NCBI GenBank assembly: GCA_036741875.1
Contig: DAINRM010000002.1
Span: 27,845-83,117 of the forward strand
Direction of reading: 5' to 3'
Length of the DNA: 55,273 nt
Source of the DNA: Patescibacteria group bacterium
GTDB taxonomy: Bacteria > Patescibacteriota > Minisyncoccia > UBA6257 > HR35
The notes under the pieces were generated by a model, which searched no databases, was not told where the DNA came from, and saw nothing but the letters and a program-made list of their open reading frames with translations. The position numbers and the translations under genes were made by a program. Shown piece by piece: positions 10,802 to 20,054 of this stretch (within the stretch, counting starts at the first letter, position 1; each line of letters opens with the position of its first letter).

Positions 10802-11502
10802 ATGAAAAGATATATTATTTTTCCTTTTATTTTTTTAACCCTTTTAGGTCTTATTAACTTTTCTTTCGCTGAGCAAACCTCTTCAAAAACCACCATTTAC
10901 CTTAGTAGAAGCAAAACTGCCCCAAAAGGCTCAATATGTAATTACCCTTTCCCCTTACGTTCTATATACATGTAGTTATGGAATATCAAAAAACCTAGAA
11001 TTTACCTTAACTGAATTGGAGAAGTCAAAAGAATTAATCTAGAGTTTGAAAATGCCCAAACAGAAAACTATTTTTTCCTCATTTTTAATATTGACCCTAG
11101 AAATGTGTAAATAAAATAAAAGCTCATAGAAAAAGGGGTTTCTCTATAAATCTTTCTGTTAATCTTATAGAAGAAAGAAAAACAGGAGAAGGTGAATATT
11201 CATTCTACTTTAATGTATTTAGATTACCTAAAAAAGAATCGGAACTTAATAAAAATTATTTTGAAGGATATTTATTGGACAACGAAGGAAATTTTTATTT
11301 TATAGTTCCTGAAAAAATAACCTCAACAATGTTTAGCGTAAATATTAAATCAGCACGAAGCAAAACAGCTTTTGTTAATTTTAAAATAATTCCAAATTTT
11401 ATTCACGGAGCAGAAGAATTTAATTTATATTTAAATTCAAGTGAAGAATCTAAAGATCCAGATTATTATTTTAATGAAATTAAAAAATATCTTTTTTACT
11501 AG
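10802..11502 (+). pseudogene. remnants of a secreted-protein gene
   Basis: A 46-aa ORF (10802-10942) encodes only a signal-peptide-like start, MKRYIIFPFIFLTLLGLINFSFA. Stop-riddled sequence follows. A start-less open frame then runs about 11115-11502, of which the track ORF 11275-11502 is the tail. Confidence 0.4.
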
Positions 11503-11621
11503 TTTTTATCCTTTCGTTGAAATTGAAGGAATTAAAGTCCCTAAAAAATAACTTCCTATTATACCCAGGAATAAATTTCTTTGAAAATTTACATTTACTC
11601 TTGACTTAGAAAAATTTTTTA

Positions 11622-11650
11622 GGGCGGGTTTTTATCACGCCCGTTTTTCT
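11622..11650 (+). terminator. weak intrinsic-terminator-like hairpin
   Basis: GGGCG (11622-11626) pairs with CGCCC (11638-11642) and is followed by GTTTTT. The loop is long, so stability is modest. Confidence 0.3.
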
Positions 11651-11671
11651 TTCTGGAAAAAATTTTTAAGT

Positions 11672-11677
11672 TATAAT
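11672..11677 (+). promoter_or_regulatory. -10 box (TATAAT) 6 nt upstream of the DsbA-like ATG
   Basis: TATAAT at 11672-11677, ATG at 11684, no Shine-Dalgarno between them. Candidate leaderless transcript. Confidence 0.3.
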
Positions 11678-11683
11678 AAAAAG

Positions 11684-12328
11684 ATGAAGGTAGAAAATAA
11701 TAAAATTTTTTTGTGGGTATTTATAGGGATAACTATTTTTTCTTTAATTTTTATGGGTTTTGTAAGTAGTTTTAGAATTGTAAAAAAAGAATATGATTTA
11801 AAAATTAGAGAAAACGATCATATTTTAGGTAACCCAGAAAAAGCAAAAGTAATTATTTATGAATATTCTGATTTTGAATGTCCTGCTTGTAAAGCTTTTT
11901 ATCCAATTGTTAAAAACCTAAAGGAAAAATATGGAGATGAAATTGCTGTTGTTTACAGACATTTTCCTCTAATCGAAATTCATCCTAAAGCTCTTTATGC
12001 TTCCCAGGCAGCGGAGTCAGCAGGAAAACAGGGTAAATTTTGGGAAATGCACGATCTCTTGTTTTCAAGACAAGATGAATGGAAAAATTCGCAAAATTTT
12101 AAAGAATTATTTATGAAATATGCTCAAGAACTTAATTTAGATCTTAAAAAATTTGAAGAAGACTATGAGAGTCAAGAAGTAAAAAATAAAATTTTGGAAG
12201 AAAGAAAAGAAGCTTTAAGTCTGGGTCTTAATAGTACGCCAAGCTTTTTTGTTAACAATCGCCTTGTCAATTTGACCTCTTTTGATTCCTTAGAAAAAGA
12301 AATAGAAAAAGAAATAGAAAATAAATGA
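11684..12328 (+). CDS. membrane-anchored DsbA-family thiol:disulfide oxidoreductase
   Basis: 214 aa with an N-terminal TM segment and a thioredoxin-fold CPAC active site (DFECPACKAF). Paralogous to 45116-45823. Confidence 0.85.
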   Translation: MKVENNKIFLWVFIGITIFSLIFMGFVSSFRIVKKEYDLKIRENDHILGNPEKAKVIIYEYSDFECPACKAFYPIVKNLKEKYGDEIAVVYRHFPLIEIHPKALYASQAAESAGKQGKFWEMHDLLFSRQDEWKNSQNFKELFMKYAQELNLDLKKFEEDYESQEVKNKILEERKEALSLGLNSTPSFFVNNRLVNLTSFDSLEKEIEKEIENK

Positions 12329-13761
12329 AGCTCCCCAAAAAAGAAGATCTTATAAAGATTTCAGATTATATTTGGGAAATTCCTAAAAGTTTTCGTGAAG
12401 ATATGAAAGTACCAGCAAGAGTTTTTGCTGATGAAAAAATGCTTAATGATATTTTAGAAGATAAAAGTTTGTGGCAACTTGTTAATGTTGCTTCTCTTCC
12501 AGGGATTTATAAATATGCCTTAGCTATGCCAGACGTGCATGAAGGTTACGGTTTTTGTGTTGGCGGAGTTGCAGCTTTTGATTATGAAAATGGTATAATC
12601 TCTCCTGGAGGAATAGGTTTTGATATTAATTGTGGCGTAAGGTTGTCAGTTGCTGACTTAAATTATGAAGAAGTAAAAGAGAAAATTCCTAAGCTTACTG
12701 AAGAAATTTTTAAACAAGTACCTTCTGGAGTCGGACGAGGAGGTTTTTGGAAATTAAATAATGATGAGATGAAAAAAGTTTTAGAAAATGGAGCTCAATA
12801 TTTAGTTAAACTTGGTTATGGAGAAAAAGAAGATTTAGAAGCAACGGAAAGTTTTGGAAAATTAGATGGAGCCGATACTGAGACAGTTTCTAAAACAGCT
12901 AAAGATAGAGGCAGAGATCAATTAGGAACAATGGGAGCAGGGAATCATTTTGTTGAAATCCAGAGAGTACAAGAAATTTTTGATGAGGAGATAGCAAAAA
13001 AATTAGGTTTAGACAAAGGTAAAATTACAATTTTGATTCATTGCGGAAGTAGAGGTCTTGGTCATCAGGTTTGCAGCGATTATGTTAGAGAATTTTTAAG
13101 AGAATTAGATAGAAAAGGAATAGATTTAATTGACAAAGAACTGGCTTACGGTGATTTTCATTCAGAATTAGGCCAGAGATATTTTAAAGCTATGAAAGCT
13201 GCAGCTAATTTCGCTTTTGCCAACAGGCAACTTATTTTACACCAAGTAAGAAAAGCATTTAAAAAAGTTTTTGGTAAAGAAATAAGATTAAAGCAAGTTT
13301 ATGATGTAGCTCATAATATTGCCAAAGTAGAAGAATACGATGGCAAAAAATTAATTGTTCATCGAAAAGGAGCAACCAGGGCTTTTTGGAAAGGACATTC
13401 AGAGCTTTCACCAAAATATCGAGAAATAGGGCAGCCTACTTTAATTCCTGGATCAATGGGAACATCAAGTTATATTTTGATTGGTCAAGAGTTATCAAAA
13501 GAAATTTCTTTTGGTTCAGCTCCTCATGGAGCAGGAAGATTAATGTCAAGAGCAGAAGTAAAAAGAAAAATAAGAGGAAGTGAATTAAAAAAAGAACTTG
13601 AAGCAAGAGGAATTTCTGTTGCTGCTGGAAGTATGTCAGGACTTGCCGAAGAAGCACCTATGGCTTATAAGGATGTTTCTGAAGTTGTTGAGGTTGTCCA
13701 TCAAATTGGTATTGCTAAAAAATTAGCTAAATTAGTTCCTATAGGAGTAATTAAAGGTTAA
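12325..13761 (+). CDS. rtcB: RNA-splicing ligase RtcB
   Basis: 478 aa with RtcB motifs (MPDVHEGYGF, GFDINCGVR, GAGNHFVEIQ, HCGSRGLGHQ, APHGAGR). ATGA overlap with the upstream gene. Confidence 0.95.
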   Translation: MKLPKKEDLIKISDYIWEIPKSFREDMKVPARVFADEKMLNDILEDKSLWQLVNVASLPGIYKYALAMPDVHEGYGFCVGGVAAFDYENGIISPGGIGFDINCGVRLSVADLNYEEVKEKIPKLTEEIFKQVPSGVGRGGFWKLNNDEMKKVLENGAQYLVKLGYGEKEDLEATESFGKLDGADTETVSKTAKDRGRDQLGTMGAGNHFVEIQRVQEIFDEEIAKKLGLDKGKITILIHCGSRGLGHQVCSDYVREFLRELDRKGIDLIDKELAYGDFHSELGQRYFKAMKAAANFAFANRQLILHQVRKAFKKVFGKEIRLKQVYDVAHNIAKVEEYDGKKLIVHRKGATRAFWKGHSELSPKYREIGQPTLIPGSMGTSSYILIGQELSKEISFGSAPHGAGRLMSRAEVKRKIRGSELKKELEARGISVAAGSMSGLAEEAPMAYKDVSEVVEVVHQIGIAKKLAKLVPIGVIKG

Positions 13762-14801
13762 ATTTTGTGAAGTCTAAAAGGAAGGATAAGACCATAATAC
13801 ATATTTTGTAAAAAATTTTCTTTTCTAAGATTTATAATTCTTTCAAAATAACCCTTTTCATCTATAAATTTTAGTTTTATATCTTTTTTGAAAATTTTAT
13901 TTAAAAGAAAGAAGACATAGATTAATTCTTTATAAAGTACAAAAAGAGAGGCTAAAGAAATATCAAAAAAAGATATGTGATGATTTTTATAAATTTTATA
14001 AGCCCATTCAGGAAAATAAATCCTTTTTCCTTTAAAAATTAATCTATAAAGTGTTTTATTTTTAACTTTTGATTTTTTTAAATAAGGATTAAACTTAAAA
14101 GTAAGAATTATTTCATCTTTAAAGAAATCGGCTCTTTCAAATTTCCAAAGAGAGTTTATAAAAATATGTATATCTTTTTCTGTGATAAAAAATTTTTTGA
14201 ATTTAAAGTTTTTTATAGGAAGTCTATGGGGTCCTATATCTAAATTGTCAGCAATAAAAAGAAGTTTGCTTTCTTGAGGGAGTAAACGATTTAATTTTTC
14301 TATTTGTTTTTCAAATTTTTTAAAAGATAATAAATCTAATTTATTATTTTTAAAAAAACTTTCTAAAGGTTTTATCTTAAGGGGGGAAGATTTTATGCTT
14401 TCTAATTCATGAAAATAAACTGAAAAAATTATTTTTTCTTCTTCTAAATTTTTAAAATCATGGTTTTTAAATATTTCTTCAAGAATTTTTTGAGAAAAGA
14501 AATGATGATTTTTTCTTTCTATTAAATTGCCCACATCATGGTAAAGAATAGAAACAGCTAAAGCTTTTTTATTTATTTCCTTTTTTATTTCTTTATAGAA
14601 AAATAAAGCATTTTTAAAAACGCTTCTTATATGATCTTTGCCATGTAAATTGAAACCGTAAGTAAATTCATTATTCAGTTTGCTATCAATATAGTCAAAA
14701 ATATTTTTATTTAAATTAATCAAAAAATTTATTTCTCTTTCACTAAAATTAAAATTTTTTTTCCTGTCTAAATAAATAAGTGTTTTAATTATTTCTTTCA
14801 T
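13758..14801 (-). CDS. HD-domain phosphohydrolase-like protein
   Basis: 347 aa with His...His-Asp signature residues (HGKDHIRSV ... ILYHDVGN ... IADNLD). The C-terminal half has no recognisable family. Confidence 0.55.
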   Translation of the reverse strand: MKEIIKTLIYLDRKKNFNFSEREINFLINLNKNIFDYIDSKLNNEFTYGFNLHGKDHIRSVFKNALFFYKEIKKEINKKALAVSILYHDVGNLIERKNHHFFSQKILEEIFKNHDFKNLEEEKIIFSVYFHELESIKSSPLKIKPLESFFKNNKLDLLSFKKFEKQIEKLNRLLPQESKLLFIADNLDIGPHRLPIKNFKFKKFFITEKDIHIFINSLWKFERADFFKDEIILTFKFNPYLKKSKVKNKTLYRLIFKGKRIYFPEWAYKIYKNHHISFFDISLASLFVLYKELIYVFFLLNKIFKKDIKLKFIDEKGYFERIINLRKENFLQNMYYGLILPFRLHKI

Positions 14802-17245
14802 AAAGCTTCAGGAAATTTTCTATAGAAAATTATTTTTGAAATTTCTGTAAGTAACATAAAAATTATAAGCAAAATTAAAATAAAAACCGAATGTTTAAAA
14901 GAGATATCTTGAAAATCAAAAAGTTGAGATAAGAAGGGAATTTTAATAAAAGTTATAGTAAATACTAAAGCCAAGACAACGCTAAAGAAAAGAAAAGGAT
15001 TAAATTTTTGTTTAATAAAAATCCCTTTATTTCTAATCAGAAAAGAAACTAAAAGACCTGTTAAAGTAGTAATTAAAAATATAAAAGTTCTGACAGTTTG
15101 CTCATTCTCATTTCTTATATAAAGATAAGCTAAAATGTTCACCAAGGCCGCCGAAGATCCTAAAAGTAAAAGTAAAGTTAAAAGTTTTTTGTTATTAAAA
15201 TTAACTGGCTTAGCAATATCTTCATCGTTGACTTTGTCATTGGCAAAAGAGATCAAGGGAATATCAGTTAGGAAGTTTGTTAAAAGAACTTGAAGAGGTT
15301 TTAAGGGAAGATAATGAAGATATAAAGCAAGAAAAGAAACTGAGATTAAATTACCAAAATTATCACTCATTGTATGTTTAATATATTTGCCAATATTTTC
15401 CAAGGCCCTTCTTCCTTCATAAACAGCATCTACAATATCTTTTAAATCTTTATCAAGCATAATAATATCTGCTTCTTCTTTACATATTTCAGCAGCAGAA
15501 TCAACAACAATAGAAACATCTGCCACCCTTAATGCTAAAAGATCGTTTATGCCTTCCCCTAAAAAAAGTGTTGGTTTTTTATTTTTTAAAATTTTAATAA
15601 TCCTAAATTTGTCATCTGGATAAAGTCTAGCAAATATATGATACTTAAAGACAATTTCTTCTAAATCTTTTTCGCTTAAATTTCTAATTTCTTCACCTGT
15701 GATTATTTTTTCGTTTTTATCTATAATCCCTAAATCTAAACCTGCTTTTTTTGCCACTTTAGGCGAGTCTCCTGTCAAAATTTTTATTTCTACATTCATC
15801 TTTTTAGCTAATTTAACAGCTTCAAAAGATTCTTTTTTTAATGGATCTTCAAAAGAAGCTAATCCTAAGTATTTATAAGCGTTTTTTACTTTAATAGCTA
15901 AAGCTAAAGTGCGAAAACCGTTTTCATCCTCTTTGATGAATTCATTTAAATATTTTTCATTATTGTTAAAAAAATTTCTGATAATTTCCTCTGGTGCCCC
16001 TTTTATTATCTCGATAATCTCTTTATCACTTTTATTTTTAACTATTAACCTTTCTATTCTTTTCAGTGGATCAAAGGGAATATCTTCAATGAATTCTAAA
16101 TCGCTATAATCAGGCAAATCTTTTATTTTTTCTAGAATAGCTCTTTCGTAAGGTGTTTCTTCTTTTGAAAAATAAGAATCAGCTAAAAAAAATTTAATAA
16201 AAGCCTCTTTGTCTTCAGAAATTATATTTTTAAGTTTAAGCTTGTTAGTGGTAATAGTGCCGGTTTTATCTGTAGTAATAATTTCTATTGTGCCTAAATC
16301 TTCAATAACCGAAAGTCTTTTAATTAAAAGTCCCTTTTTAGAGAGTTTTTTTCCTGTAAGACTTAAAGTTAAAACTGTCATCGCAGGTAGAAACTCTGGA
16401 ACCATAGCTACAACTAAAACGATAACAAAAATTGCAAACTCTTTTATGCTTATAAAACTTCCTTTAGCGATATTACCTATAAAAAGAAAAATACCCAAAA
16501 ATAAAGCAAAATAAAATATTTTTTTAGCAAAATCATCTAAGATTTTTTTATAAACAGTTTCCTTTTTAATTTCTAAAATCTTTTTAGCTAAAGATCCGGC
16601 GAAACTTTCTTTGCCCGTAAAAATTACATAACCTTCTCCTTCTCCCTTAACTATGGAACTTCCTGAAAATAAAATATTAGATAAATTTTCATTATTTTTT
16701 TCACTTTTAAAGACAGGCACATTTTCTCCTGTTAAAATTGATTCGTCAACTAAAAGATCTTCAGATTTAGTTAAGATAATATCAGCCGGAACAATATCAC
16801 CGATTTTTACTTTAACTAAATCTCCAGGAACAAGAAATTTTTGTTCTACTTTTTTCCATTCTTTATCTCTTTTTACGTAAGCATAGTTTTTGAAAATTTT
16901 TATTAAATCCTCTAAAAGTTTTGATGATTTATAATCTTGAAATGTAGAAATGAAAACAGAAAGGAAAAAGAAGAAAATAATTAAAAATGATTCGGTTTTT
17001 GATTCTTGTAAGAAAAAAGAAAATAAACTAGCAAAAAGTAAAAGTAGATTGAAAAGATTTAGAAAATTTCTTTTTATTATTTCCAAAATATCTATTTTGA
17101 ATGTAAAAATAATATTCTCTCCGTATTTTTTTAACCTTTTTTCTGCCTCTTTTTCACTAAGACCGTTAGCATTAGTTTCTAGAAATTTTTCTATTTCTTC
17201 TAAAGTTTTTTTGTTTATTTCTCTAAATTTTTCTAAAAAATCCAT
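14798..17245 (-). CDS. cation-transporting P-type ATPase (MgtA/type II-like)
   Basis: 815 aa with the phosphorylation motif DKTGTITTN, A-domain TGEN, hinge GEGINDLLAL and about 10 TM segments. Confidence 0.9.
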   Translation of the reverse strand: MDFLEKFREINKKTLEEIEKFLETNANGLSEKEAEKRLKKYGENIIFTFKIDILEIIKRNFLNLFNLLLLFASLFSFFLQESKTESFLIIFFFFLSVFISTFQDYKSSKLLEDLIKIFKNYAYVKRDKEWKKVEQKFLVPGDLVKVKIGDIVPADIILTKSEDLLVDESILTGENVPVFKSEKNNENLSNILFSGSSIVKGEGEGYVIFTGKESFAGSLAKKILEIKKETVYKKILDDFAKKIFYFALFLGIFLFIGNIAKGSFISIKEFAIFVIVLVVAMVPEFLPAMTVLTLSLTGKKLSKKGLLIKRLSVIEDLGTIEIITTDKTGTITTNKLKLKNIISEDKEAFIKFFLADSYFSKEETPYERAILEKIKDLPDYSDLEFIEDIPFDPLKRIERLIVKNKSDKEIIEIIKGAPEEIIRNFFNNNEKYLNEFIKEDENGFRTLALAIKVKNAYKYLGLASFEDPLKKESFEAVKLAKKMNVEIKILTGDSPKVAKKAGLDLGIIDKNEKIITGEEIRNLSEKDLEEIVFKYHIFARLYPDDKFRIIKILKNKKPTLFLGEGINDLLALRVADVSIVVDSAAEICKEEADIIMLDKDLKDIVDAVYEGRRALENIGKYIKHTMSDNFGNLISVSFLALYLHYLPLKPLQVLLTNFLTDIPLISFANDKVNDEDIAKPVNFNNKKLLTLLLLLGSSAALVNILAYLYIRNENEQTVRTFIFLITTLTGLLVSFLIRNKGIFIKQKFNPFLFFSVVLALVFTITFIKIPFLSQLFDFQDISFKHSVFILILLIIFMLLTEISKIIFYRKFPEAL

Positions 17246-17282
17246 TTTGTTATAATATTATTTTAATTCCATAAATGTGTTT

Positions 17283-18011
17283 TTAAATCTCGGAATAAAT
17301 TTTTTCATAAATTTCTTTGATTTCTTCGGAGCTAAGCTGATAAACTCTTTTTTCTTTAAAGTTTTCTGGTAAATTTTTAATTTTATGTTTTAGTTTTTTG
17401 TTTGGTGAATTAAAAAGAATTTTTAAGAATTTAACAAATTTTTCAGGATCTTTTACAATAGGTTTTTCATAAAATTCAATTTTGATAATCATTGAATCTA
17501 CCTTAGGAATAGGAAAAAAATTTTCTTTTTTGATCGCCCCTAAATTCTTAACCGTTCCCCAAGTTTTTATCCAAATGTGCCAAAAACTAGTTTTTTCTTT
17601 GCCTATAATTTTTTCTCCAACTTCTTTTTGTAAGGTAAAAACAAGAAGTTTAGGCTTGTTTTTTTCATTAAGTACTTTTCTAAAAATTTTTCCGGTGATT
17701 TCGTAAGGGATATTTCCAATAAGCTTATAACTATTCTGATATTTACTTAGATCAGCTTTAAGAAAATCTTGATTCATAATAAGAACATTTTTAAAGTTTT
17801 TAAACTTTTCTTTTAAAATTTTTGCTAAGTTTTTATCAATTTCATAAACAATTAATTTTTTTGCTTTTGTTAAAAATTTTGTAAGCTCACCTCTACCGCC
17901 TCCAATTTCGACAATAAGGTCATTTTCGTTTATATCTAAAGCGGAAGCAATCTTTTTAAGATATTTTTGATTTTTTAGAAAAACTTGGCTAAACCTTACC
18001 CATTTTTTCAT
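17283..18011 (-). CDS. rsmA: 16S rRNA (adenine1518/1519-N6)-dimethyltransferase
   Basis: 242 aa with a SAM motif VEIGGGRGELT and GNIPYEITG, typical of KsgA/RsmA. Confidence 0.88.
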   Translation of the reverse strand: MKKWVRFSQVFLKNQKYLKKIASALDINENDLIVEIGGGRGELTKFLTKAKKLIVYEIDKNLAKILKEKFKNFKNVLIMNQDFLKADLSKYQNSYKLIGNIPYEITGKIFRKVLNEKNKPKLLVFTLQKEVGEKIIGKEKTSFWHIWIKTWGTVKNLGAIKKENFFPIPKVDSMIIKIEFYEKPIVKDPEKFVKFLKILFNSPNKKLKHKIKNLPENFKEKRVYQLSSEEIKEIYEKIYSEI

Positions 18012-18171
18012 TTTTAAAAAATTTTTTTATTTGGTATAATTATTTTACTAAGGACGAAAATAAAACTTAAAATCAAAAATTAGTACTTATTATTCAAGGT
18101 ACTTCTTTTATTTTATAGCCTTATTTTTTATTTTTAGATTAGCTTTAGCAGAAGACTTTCTTTCAATTGAT

Positions 18172-18879
18172 TTGAAAAGTGATTTAGGAAAGGTTTCTTA
18201 TTTCGAAAAGACAGAAATTGGTTTTTTAGATTATGAATATGAAATTAATGATGAAGAGCTAGAAAAAATAATTTCTCAAAAAATTAATCAAAAATTTTGG
18301 TTTTATAAAGTTAAAAAAGGAGATACTCTTTGGAGTTTGAGTAAAAAATTTAAAGTTTCTCTTGAAGATCTTATGATTTTAAATGGTTTTAAAAAAGAAA
18401 CAGATTTAATTTATGGTACAAAAATAAAAATTCCTGGAGAAAAATCTAATTTAGCAGAAGCAAATCAGAAAATTTTTATTGAACCAAAAAGTAAATATAA
18501 AGCTAAATTCGTTTCTGCTTTAGAAAGTTTAGGAAGCATTATTATCCCTGTTTCTGGATTTAATTTTGGAGAAAAACATGGAAATAATGCTACAGATATT
18601 GCTGCTCCTTGTGGTGAACCTGTTTATGCTTCTCAAAGTGGTTATGTAATTATATCCAAAGATGGTTGGAATGGAGGTTATGGAAATTATATAGTGATTT
18701 ATCATAATGGTTTTTCTACTCTTTATGGACATTTGAGTTTAAGAGTTGCTGAAGAAGGAGAATATGTAGAAAAAGGAGATCTTATAGGTTATGTAGGAAA
18801 CACGGGAAAAACTAAAGGACCTACAGGTTGTCATCTTCATTTTGAAGTTAGAGGTGCTCCTAATCCTCTTTTAAGATAA
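18172..18879 (+). CDS. LysM-domain M23 family metallopeptidase
   Basis: LysM motif (YKVKKGDTLWSLSKKFKVSLEDLMILN) plus M23 motifs (HNGFSTLYGH, GCHLHFEV). The TTG start comes from the ORF track. The frame is open from 18064 and encodes a signal peptide, so the true start is probably non-canonical (ATT 18079). Confidence 0.85.
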   Translation: MKSDLGKVSYFEKTEIGFLDYEYEINDEELEKIISQKINQKFWFYKVKKGDTLWSLSKKFKVSLEDLMILNGFKKETDLIYGTKIKIPGEKSNLAEANQKIFIEPKSKYKAKFVSALESLGSIIIPVSGFNFGEKHGNNATDIAAPCGEPVYASQSGYVIISKDGWNGGYGNYIVIYHNGFSTLYGHLSLRVAEEGEYVEKGDLIGYVGNTGKTKGPTGCHLHFEVRGAPNPLLR

Positions 18880-18912
18880 CTATAAAATTTTTAAAATTAG
18901 ATTTACTAATTG

Positions 18913-18921
18913 TGTTATAAT
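18913..18921 (+). promoter_or_regulatory. extended -10 promoter (TGtTATAAT) 8 nt upstream of the nusA ATG
   Basis: TG at 18913-18914, TATAAT at 18916-18921, ATG at 18930, no SD. Candidate leaderless mRNA. Confidence 0.35.
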
Positions 18922-18929
18922 TTTAGAAA

Positions 18930-20036
18930 ATGATTAATATTAAAAGTTTTCAAAATTATTTAGAAAAGATAGCTGAAGAGTATAATCTTCCCTTAAATGT
19001 TGTTGAAGAAGCTTTTTTAAGTGCTTTGAGTGCTGCTTATAAAAGAGATCAAAATATTAAAGAGGGAATAGTTAAAGCAAGAAAGACAGCTTCTGGAGAA
19101 ATAAAATTTTATTTAGCTAAAACTGTTGTTTGCGAGGAAGAACTTAAAAATAAAGATTTTGATGAAGCAAAAGAAATTATGCTTGAAGAAGCTAAAAAAA
19201 TAAACCCTCAAGCTGTTTGTGGTGAAGAAATTTTACTTGAACTTCCGGCTATAGAAGATTTTAGTAGAATTGGAGCTCAAGTAGCCAAGCAAGTAATTAT
19301 TCAAAAAATAAGGGAGGCAGAAAAAGAAAACTTATATGAAGAATTTAAAGCAAAGGAAGGTAGGGTTGTTTCAGGCACTATTGAAAAAAAAGATGTTAAT
19401 GGTAACATTCTCGTTAATTTAGGAAGAATTTTAGGAGTTATGTTTAAAAATGAAACTATACCTGGAGAAAATTATAAACCAGGACAAAGGATGAGATTTT
19501 ATGTTTATGCTGTTGAAAATACCTCTCAAGGAGTAAAAGTTTTTCTTTCTAGAGCTCATCCTCTTTTTATACCCGCTATTTTTTTAGTGGAGGTTCCAGA
19601 AATAGCTGAAGGTTTAGTGGAAATAAAGGGAGTGGCTAGAGAACCAGGAATAAGAAGCAAAATAGCTGTTTGGTCAAAATCACCCAATATTGATCCTATC
19701 GGTGCTTGCATTGGTGCTAAGGGAGCAAGAATTATTTCTATCATGAACGAATTAAATAATGAAAAAATTGACGTTGTTTTATGGGATGAAGATCCAACAA
19801 AATATGTAGCCAATGCTTTAGTCCCAGCTAAAGTTTTAGAGGTTAAACAAATGCCTAAAAGAACGATGCTTGTTTTAGTTGACGAAGCTAATTTACCCTT
19901 AGCTATAGGAATTAAAGGTCAAAATATAAAATTAGCAGCTCGTTTGACTGGTTGGAAAATAGATGTTCGTTTAGCTTCAGAACCAGAAAAATTAGTTGAA
20001 GGAGGCATAGCTGAACCAGTAGGGTCGGAAAGTTAA
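18930..20036 (+). CDS. nusA: transcription termination/antitermination factor NusA
   Basis: 368 aa with an S1-like region (GRVVSGTIEKKD) and two KH regions (GACIGAKGARI, AIGIKGQNIKLA). Confidence 0.94.
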   Translation: MINIKSFQNYLEKIAEEYNLPLNVVEEAFLSALSAAYKRDQNIKEGIVKARKTASGEIKFYLAKTVVCEEELKNKDFDEAKEIMLEEAKKINPQAVCGEEILLELPAIEDFSRIGAQVAKQVIIQKIREAEKENLYEEFKAKEGRVVSGTIEKKDVNGNILVNLGRILGVMFKNETIPGENYKPGQRMRFYVYAVENTSQGVKVFLSRAHPLFIPAIFLVEVPEIAEGLVEIKGVAREPGIRSKIAVWSKSPNIDPIGACIGAKGARIISIMNELNNEKIDVVLWDEDPTKYVANALVPAKVLEVKQMPKRTMLVLVDEANLPLAIGIKGQNIKLAARLTGWKIDVRLASEPEKLVEGGIAEPVGSES

Positions 20037-20054
20037 TTTCATTTTAGATTAAAA

